From an uncultured archaeon (GTDB taxonomy: Archaea; Nanohalarchaeota; Nanosalinia; Nanosalinales; Nanosalinaceae): a DNA stretch of 12,580 bases. The stretch covers positions 1 through 12,580 of the forward strand of contig CAZAII010000017.1 in assembly GCA_964485165.1 (NCBI GenBank), written 5' to 3'. Below are positions 7,413 through 12,580 of this stretch, piece after piece (the first letter of the stretch is position 1; the number at the start of each line of letters is the position of its first letter). The notes beneath the pieces are model-generated. The model did not search any database. It was not told the origin of the DNA and worked only from the letters and a program-made list of their open reading frames with translations. The position numbers and the translations under genes are program-made.

Positions 7413-7415
7413 CTG

Positions 7416-8888
7416 CTACATGAAGGCTTCCGCGTCGCTGTCCTTCCTCTCCTGTTCCTCCTCCCAGTCCTCAAGAGCCTCCTCCAGCGCGTCGCTGGAC
7501 TCCGCTTCCTTAGACCGGCGCTCCCTCACGTCGACGAAAGTGGGGTAGTTGACGGCCTCCCCTATAACTATGGCCTCCCCGGTCTTGAGTCCGGGTATCT
7601 GGTTCTTGACATCGCTGGTGATGCCCTCACTGGACTGCGCGATGTGCTCCAGGTCGTTGGGATTGGTAACGCGAAGGATGAACTGGGTGTTGCACTGTGA
7701 GAGCGCGGTAGTGGAAAGCCTCACCGGCCTCTGCGATATCAGGCCGAGAGAGCAGTTGAACTTCCTTCCCTCCCTGGCGATTTTCTCCATCACCGGGCGG
7801 GAAGGCGCCGGCGCCTCACCTGGAGCAAAGTTGTGTGCCTCTTCAACCAGGTAGAGGAAGGGCGGGATGCTCCCCCTTCTCCGCAGCCGGAAGAACCTCC
7901 GGCCGAAGTAGGCGGCTATTATCTGTTTCTTCTGGTTGTTTATGACGTCGTTGAGGTCGATTATGTTAAGCCGGCCGGGTTCTATATCGACGGGTGCCGG
8001 AGAGTCCGTTTTCCCAAATATGTCCATCGAGTCCAGCTTCCTCAGCTTCCTCATCAGGGCATACTTCACGCTGGAATTCATCTCCTTCGCCTTAATCCGC
8101 GAAATGACGTCTTCAAGGCCGAAATCCGTGTTTTCAGAGCGGTTGAGCTCGGAGAACACCTCTCTCAGCTCCTCTCTCTGCGGGCCGCTCATCTCCCCGT
8201 TGAAGAACATCGCCACCTGTTCGGCGGAGAGCTTGTTGACGGCGATGCCCAGGTCGCTGTCGCCGTAGACACGGGTCCGGGACATGTAGTTCTCGTCCTC
8301 CGCGAAGGAGGTATAATCGCCGTGAGGGTCGACCGCGACCACCGCGGGAGCGTTCTCCCGGTCAAGCAGTTCCTCAAGTATGACCGAGGCGGAGTAAGAC
8401 TTGCCGGCGCCTGACTGGGCGAGCACAGCAAAGTGTTTCTGTAGCGTGTCAGTCATGTCAAGGCTCGCATCGAGCCCCTGCTGCTGTACTGTCCCGATCA
8501 CGAGGCCGCCCTCCACCAGGCCGAGGAACCTCTTGACGCGATCGGAATCGGCCTTCTCCACTTCCTGTCCCGGAGAAGGCGCCTGGCTGACCCTCTTGAT
8601 CATACCCTGGCTGAACTTTCCCATCACCACCGCCTTGGCTATCGAGACCTCCCAGTCGTCGACCGGGAACCTGTCGCGGATCGATTCACCTTTTCTCATG
8701 GACTCGGAGACACTCTCCGGGTTCTCGAAGTATTCATTGGACCGGAAGACCTCTGCGATCCGGGCCATAACAGTTTCATCACCTTTCCCGTATTCCAGGT
8801 AGGCGCCTTTCCCTATATCCTCGTCAAGGACAACGTAGAACTCGTCTGAGCTGGGTGTATCGTTCCAGCCGACAATAGTTCCTGCCAT
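7416..8888 (-). CDS. herA: HerA-type HAS-barrel/FtsK-like hexameric helicase-translocase
   Basis: The N-terminus is HAS-barrel-like (MAGTIVGWNDT..EFYVVLDED...YLEYGKGDETVMARIAEV). Walker A is LAQSGAGKSYSASVI. Walker B is of DEAH-like type (LYLVEEAHNF). The HerA-characteristic motif block is REGRKFNCSLGLISQRPVRLSTTALSQCNTQFILRVTNPNDLEHI. The C-terminal tail is acidic. Confidence 0.85.
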   Translation of the reverse strand: MAGTIVGWNDTPSSDEFYVVLDEDIGKGAYLEYGKGDETVMARIAEVFRSNEYFENPESVSESMRKGESIRDRFPVDDWEVSIAKAVVMGKFSQGMIKRVSQAPSPGQEVEKADSDRVKRFLGLVEGGLVIGTVQQQGLDASLDMTDTLQKHFAVLAQSGAGKSYSASVILEELLDRENAPAVVAVDPHGDYTSFAEDENYMSRTRVYGDSDLGIAVNKLSAEQVAMFFNGEMSGPQREELREVFSELNRSENTDFGLEDVISRIKAKEMNSSVKYALMRKLRKLDSMDIFGKTDSPAPVDIEPGRLNIIDLNDVINNQKKQIIAAYFGRRFFRLRRRGSIPPFLYLVEEAHNFAPGEAPAPSRPVMEKIAREGRKFNCSLGLISQRPVRLSTTALSQCNTQFILRVTNPNDLEHIAQSSEGITSDVKNQIPGLKTGEAIVIGEAVNYPTFVDVRERRSKEAESSDALEEALEDWEEEQERKDSDAEAFM

Positions 8889-8905
8889 GAAGACTCCTTG
8901 GCCTC

Positions 8906-8916
8906 AAAAAATTTAA
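8906..8916 (-). promoter_or_regulatory. A/T box (TTAAATTTTTT on the minus strand) overlapping the stop codon of the upstream surface-protein gene, about 22 nt upstream of the herA ATG
   Basis: The 24-nt spacer reads TAAATTTTTTGAGGCCAAGGAGTCTTC before the ATG. The box has TATA-like spacing for herA. The same T6 run could terminate the surface-protein operon. There is also a GGAG 8 nt upstream of the herA ATG. Confidence 0.35.
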
Positions 8917-11066
8917 CTCTGAGTGAAGACCAAGATACCCGATACCAACAGTATCACGATGAGATGCACCATGCCTATGCCCGGCACATTCCTCGTCTGG
9001 ACCTCCACCCCTCCTGTGGTGTTTGTGCTAGAGCTGGAGAGTATATCAACCACCACGCTGTCTTCGCCGGAGATGGCGGAGTTCTGGACATCAGCCTGTA
9101 CCCTGAGGTCCGACGCATCTATGTTCTCGTTGCCTCCGTATATCTCTGCCTGGAAAGTCCGGGAACTCCTTGCCGGGATGGTGGTGTTGAAGCCATCGCC
9201 TCCCTGGCCGACGAAGCTTACCCACTGCGACACCGGCGTATTCTGGAGTTCAACGTCGAAGGTGCGGGCCTGCGACTCGACGTTGATGAGTTGGAAGTTT
9301 ACCTTCCTGGTCTCTCCCAGGCCTACCTCTATCGAATCCTCCTCGAACACTATCGGCCACTCCTCGTACCATACGTTCTGGAAGCAGGCGATGGTCCGGC
9401 TGTCGCTTCCGAAGTTGAAGGTCACGTTCTCGCCCGGCTCGTAGACCATCCTCTTCTGCTTGTCGGGCGGAACCGGGTAGCTGGAACCCTCCAATATACA
9501 GCTCCCGTCTGTCTTTGCAACACCTATAACCGAGTTATTGTTGTCACATAGCCGGGTATTGCATCTCTGGGTTACAAGGTGTTCTCCATCATCATCACCG
9601 CCGCAGAAACCCATCGATGCGATGGTCCTGTTGGGGTTGGGGGATACCAGCTCGCCGCTTGAAACCGGTGATATCTCCCATTCACCGTCACCGTCAGGAT
9701 CGTAGTCCGGTGTCCCGTCGGCGTCATAATCATAAGTTGGATGGGACGGGTTCGATGTCAGGTTATCGGTTATATCGCCGTCGGCCCACCGCTGTCGCAG
9801 GTACTGGTTCCAGTCATCGTCAATCCCTCCCTGAACCGCGAACGGGTAGGTGGTTACGTATCCCGAGTCGAACCATCTTACGCCCTGAGAGCCGTAGAGG
9901 GTGTTCTGCTGGCATGTATCCTGACCCCCTCCAACGGTAGTGTTCCCATAATCTTGATCCCACCATTTCCATATGGAATCTAGTGAATCCTCCAGACAGA
10001 TTTCCTCATCCTGCTTGAGACGACCCCATCTCTCCCCGCTTTCGCGAACATCGATCGTATCACCGTCCTCGAAAAGCTTTTTACCAGGTGCATCCATGTA
10101 GACGCACGCGGCCCGGGAATCAGCACAAGCGTAACGGCCATCGTAAAGACCCGAGTTTTCTACTTCTCCTGCCTCCTCAAGAAGGAACTCCTTCTGGTCG
10201 TCGCCGCACATCGGAGGTTCCAAGAGCGGAACGGTCTCCCCCACAGTACTGGTATCTGAGGCGCCTTCATCCACATCACCGTCCCCGTCGTTATCTTCAG
10301 TGTCTTTCTCGCCCTCGAAGTAGATATTCCCGTACATGACCCAGTTGCGCGGAGCATCAGTATAGGTTATATCATCGTTGTCATCAGTATTGATGCCGAT
10401 ACCCGAGTCAGGTCCTGAGAGGTCCATCCCGAATGAAAGCGCCATGCGCCAGTCCCTCCTTATCTTCCCGTTCAGGCTCCATTTCCTCAGCTGGTCGGGG
10501 TCTATCCAAACGCCGTCACCAATCTCAACCGTATCACCCTTCTGGTCCGTCCATGAAGTCGTGGCCTCCGCTGCGTATGAGTTGCCGAAGACCTTCACTG
10601 TCTTGGAAACGCTGTCATCCTCGGCATCCGACCTCTGAGGACCTGAATAATCGTCGTGGTAGTAAGTGGCTCCAGGACTGTAAGGAACCCCGCGGTTCGA
10701 CAGGCTGTAGTTCATGAAAAGGGTTATCGCCCACTGGTCGGCCCGGTCCTGTGTACCCATCGAGTCGTGCCACTTCGCATCATCCGGGGAGTCGACGTTC
10801 TGCTGCCCGTCAAGTTCCGTGTCCGGGTCGGAAGCGGGACTCGACATGCCGAAGGCGGTGGTGTTCATGCCGGGCTCCAGCTGGTTCGAAGAGTCCTCGA
10901 GCTTGTTAACCTTACCATTAAATTCAGGAGGCGGCGATGAAGGAGCAGTATCGGTGCCGTTATGATGAAAGTCCTCGTCCCTTTCGTATTGTGATTGACC
11001 GAGGCCCGCGAGCAATAGGACGAGGAAAACAAGTATAACGATTCCAGATAGTGAGGTCTCACGCAT
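8913..11066 (-). CDS. Secreted/cell-surface protein: signal peptide, Asp/Gly-rich calcium-loop-like repeats, Cys-containing domain paralogous to the upstream gene, beta-sandwich-like domain, Ser/Thr linker and C-terminal TM anchor
   Basis: This 717-aa ORF begins with a signal peptide (MRETSLSGIVILVFLVLLLAGLGQSQ). DxDxDG-type loops are present (DTEDNDGDGDVDEG, DYDADGTPDYDPDGDGEWE). There are at least 10 N-x-S/T sequons and paired cysteines. The C-terminus reads ...SSSSTNTTGGVEVQTRNVPGIGMVHLIVILLVSGILVFTQS, which is a Ser/Thr linker, then a PGx motif and TM helix resembling a PGF-CTERM, but without a basic tail. The ATG lies 1 nt after the stop of the upstream ORF. A GGGAGG sits about 10 nt upstream of the ATG. 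Confidence 0.72.
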   Translation of the reverse strand: MRETSLSGIVILVFLVLLLAGLGQSQYERDEDFHHNGTDTAPSSPPPEFNGKVNKLEDSSNQLEPGMNTTAFGMSSPASDPDTELDGQQNVDSPDDAKWHDSMGTQDRADQWAITLFMNYSLSNRGVPYSPGATYYHDDYSGPQRSDAEDDSVSKTVKVFGNSYAAEATTSWTDQKGDTVEIGDGVWIDPDQLRKWSLNGKIRRDWRMALSFGMDLSGPDSGIGINTDDNDDITYTDAPRNWVMYGNIYFEGEKDTEDNDGDGDVDEGASDTSTVGETVPLLEPPMCGDDQKEFLLEEAGEVENSGLYDGRYACADSRAACVYMDAPGKKLFEDGDTIDVRESGERWGRLKQDEEICLEDSLDSIWKWWDQDYGNTTVGGGQDTCQQNTLYGSQGVRWFDSGYVTTYPFAVQGGIDDDWNQYLRQRWADGDITDNLTSNPSHPTYDYDADGTPDYDPDGDGEWEISPVSSGELVSPNPNRTIASMGFCGGDDDGEHLVTQRCNTRLCDNNNSVIGVAKTDGSCILEGSSYPVPPDKQKRMVYEPGENVTFNFGSDSRTIACFQNVWYEEWPIVFEEDSIEVGLGETRKVNFQLINVESQARTFDVELQNTPVSQWVSFVGQGGDGFNTTIPARSSRTFQAEIYGGNENIDASDLRVQADVQNSAISGEDSVVVDILSSSSTNTTGGVEVQTRNVPGIGMVHLIVILLVSGILVFTQS

Positions 11067-11067
11067 G

Positions 11068-12580
11068 TTATGCCGGCCTCCCGAAGAAGGAATAAAATAC
11101 TGGTTTATGTCTGTAGGGTGTTACCCAAGCATCGTCACATCCCCAAAGTAAAGGACCACAGTCGTCCTCAAGCGCTAGGCCAGTGTTGCCGTCAGGACTC
11201 CCGACACCCCTTAGATTGTAGCTGGAGTGGTAGGGATTCTGGTTCTCCCTCCAATAGTAAGCAACATCATATATATCTCCTGGATCGCCACCAGTTATCA
11301 GTGAGTTACCTACACCGTTAAGGTAATCGTTTACCCTTTCATCGTCCATGTCATACCACTCACCACCAAAATCGCCTACCCCAACAGTGTGGTCTGCATT
11401 GTCCCAGGGCTTGGTGTCACTTCCAACCCCACCAAAGTCGAGACAGACCTCAAAGTCGGGAGATTCCAGATTCCACTCATACGGATAAACAGGTAAAACA
11501 GTCCCCTCAGCAAAAATGCCTCCCTTATTGACACAAGCGCTTGAAGTTATAGATTCCCCGAAGTAGTCCTGATCATCCGCCCAGTCGACACATCGCTGCT
11601 CATGGGCCAGGAAATTTTTTGTAACACCACTGTCTACCTCAGATCCCTCCATCAGAATCAAATGCTCGTCATCTTCATCTCCACAGGCCTCAGGCAGTGG
11701 GGAAACATCTTCGGAGCCTGGAGAACCTCTTTCATAATCGCAGTCGATTAGCTCTCCACCCGGCCCGTTTTGTTCGTTGATGTAGTTTATCATCTTGCAG
11801 ACTGAGTAAGAATCATCAGGCGTAAAGGTCTGTACATTTACCTCAACCGCATTATCAGCGGCTACACTTGGGTCTTCATTCACCCATCCACTGCTCTTTG
11901 TCCTGTAATCAATGTACTTCAGACAGTATCTCTTGTCGGCCGGACATGAATTCGAGATCAAATCCCTTCTTGCGCTGGAAGCTCCGTTTACGAAAACTCT
12001 TTCCCCAACCCTGTCAGAACCATCAGGGCTCATAGTCGCCACTATAGAGCCAGGAACTTCCTCTATCACGACGAAACCGTCGCCGTAACCACGGGGTCCA
12101 TCCGCGTCCACCGTGGTAATCTCCTCGTAGCCGCACCATACCTTGCCCTCAGGACCTATACTGTTGTCAGCATGGGCGGTGAAATCGGTTAGGACGCCTG
12201 CAGGGTCATTATCCGCCTTATTCGAGTATTCATCGTCGTTGGTATCCCCGCCCCCGTCTATCCGGTTGTTCGTGTTGCAGTCGATTGTACCTGTCATCTC
12301 AAAGCTCCTCTTATTGCCTGCATCGTCACCGTCTGCGTTGCACTCGCTACCGAAGCAGGTGCAGCTACCGTACTGGTCGTAGCAGCCACAACATGTCCCG
12401 GAATTTCCGGCACTACATCCCGAAGCGGAGGCCACACAGTCGGTGCAGTCCACAGTGCATTCGTAATGCTCAAGTATGTCTCCGTTCGTCAGCCAGTAGT
12501 CATTGGATTCATCCCCGCTGTAATCGGTATCCACGGAACAACTTGCGTCGGTACAGCTCGGGCTTCCACATGCGCTACCG
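11068..12580 (-). CDS. Secreted/cell-surface Cys-, Asp- and Gly-rich protein (5' end outside window), paralogous to the downstream gene
   Basis: The frame stays open from 12580 to the TAA at 11068-11070. The ORF-track M at 12534 is a GTG, and upstream codons (GSACGSPSCTDASCS) continue in frame. A hyper-Cys module lies at nt ~12274-12580 (CTVDCTDCVASASGCSAGNSGTCCGCYDQYGSCTCFGSECNADGDD). Calcium-loop-like motifs are present (DADGPRGYGDG, DGGGDTNDDEY). A domain at ~11170-11688 is shared with the 717-aa protein (ACGDEDDEHLILMEGSEVDSG ~ MCGDDQKEFLLEEAGEVENSG; DDERVNDYL ~ DDDWNQYL). There is no C-terminal TM segment. Confidence 0.7.
   Translation of the reverse strand, partial: GSACGSPSCTDASCSVDTDYSGDESNDYWLTNGDILEHYECTVDCTDCVASASGCSAGNSGTCCGCYDQYGSCTCFGSECNADGDDAGNKRSFEMTGTIDCNTNNRIDGGGDTNDDEYSNKADNDPAGVLTDFTAHADNSIGPEGKVWCGYEEITTVDADGPRGYGDGFVVIEEVPGSIVATMSPDGSDRVGERVFVNGASSARRDLISNSCPADKRYCLKYIDYRTKSSGWVNEDPSVAADNAVEVNVQTFTPDDSYSVCKMINYINEQNGPGGELIDCDYERGSPGSEDVSPLPEACGDEDDEHLILMEGSEVDSGVTKNFLAHEQRCVDWADDQDYFGESITSSACVNKGGIFAEGTVLPVYPYEWNLESPDFEVCLDFGGVGSDTKPWDNADHTVGVGDFGGEWYDMDDERVNDYLNGVGNSLITGGDPGDIYDVAYYWRENQNPYHSSYNLRGVGSPDGNTGLALEDDCGPLLWGCDDAWVTPYRHKPVFYSFFGRPA

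Noticed and set aside
7413-7415. Looked for a bidirectional terminator hairpin between the convergent rad50 and herA genes
   Set aside because: Only 3 bp separate the two stop codons. Flanking coding sequence shows no obvious strong palindrome. Any termination signal must lie inside coding sequence, so no discrete terminator feature is reported.
8898-9551. Plus-strand ORFs (217 aa and 173 aa) inside the 717-aa surface-protein gene
   Set aside because: They are antisense to a continuous 2.15-kb ORF with a signal peptide and domain structure. They have no independent support.

Overview
This window reads as a gene-dense archaeal chromosomal segment, about 52-58% GC, with a visibly acidic (D/E-rich) proteome that suggests a halophilic archaeon. 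Finer taxonomy cannot be decided from the sequence alone.

Nine genes are supported, in this order:
- 1..643 (-): proteasome beta subunit, truncated at the window edge.
- 721..1734 (-): an SPFH/stomatin-prohibitin family membrane protein.
- 1823..3286 (-): archaeal-type prolyl-tRNA synthetase.
- 3394..3957 (+): a small membrane protein with an N-terminal C2H2 zinc finger, one TM helix and a thioredoxin-fold domain with a CENC motif.
- 3994..5157 (+) and 5154..7412 (+): mre11 and rad50, joined by an ATGA start/stop overlap.
- 7416..8888 (-): a herA-type HAS-barrel/FtsK-like helicase, convergent on rad50 with a 3-bp gap. No nurA is visible in the window.
- 8913..11066 (-) and 11068..12580 (-, 5' end off-window): a two-gene operon of paralogous secreted/surface proteins. 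They are very Asp/Gly/Cys-rich, carry calcium-loop-like DxDxDG motifs and many N-glycosylation sequons. The downstream one has a signal peptide and a C-terminal TM anchor; the upstream one carries a hyper-cysteine module.

Promoter-like A/T boxes sit about 21-27 nt upstream of most start codons, consistent with leaderless transcripts. Two ORF-track starts at TTG (proS and the zinc-finger gene) look over-extended.

The most novel-looking elements are the Cys-rich surface-protein pair and the zinc-finger/thioredoxin membrane protein next to mre11. Several long antisense ORFs, including a 500-aa poly-Ser ORF opposite rad50, are composition artefacts.
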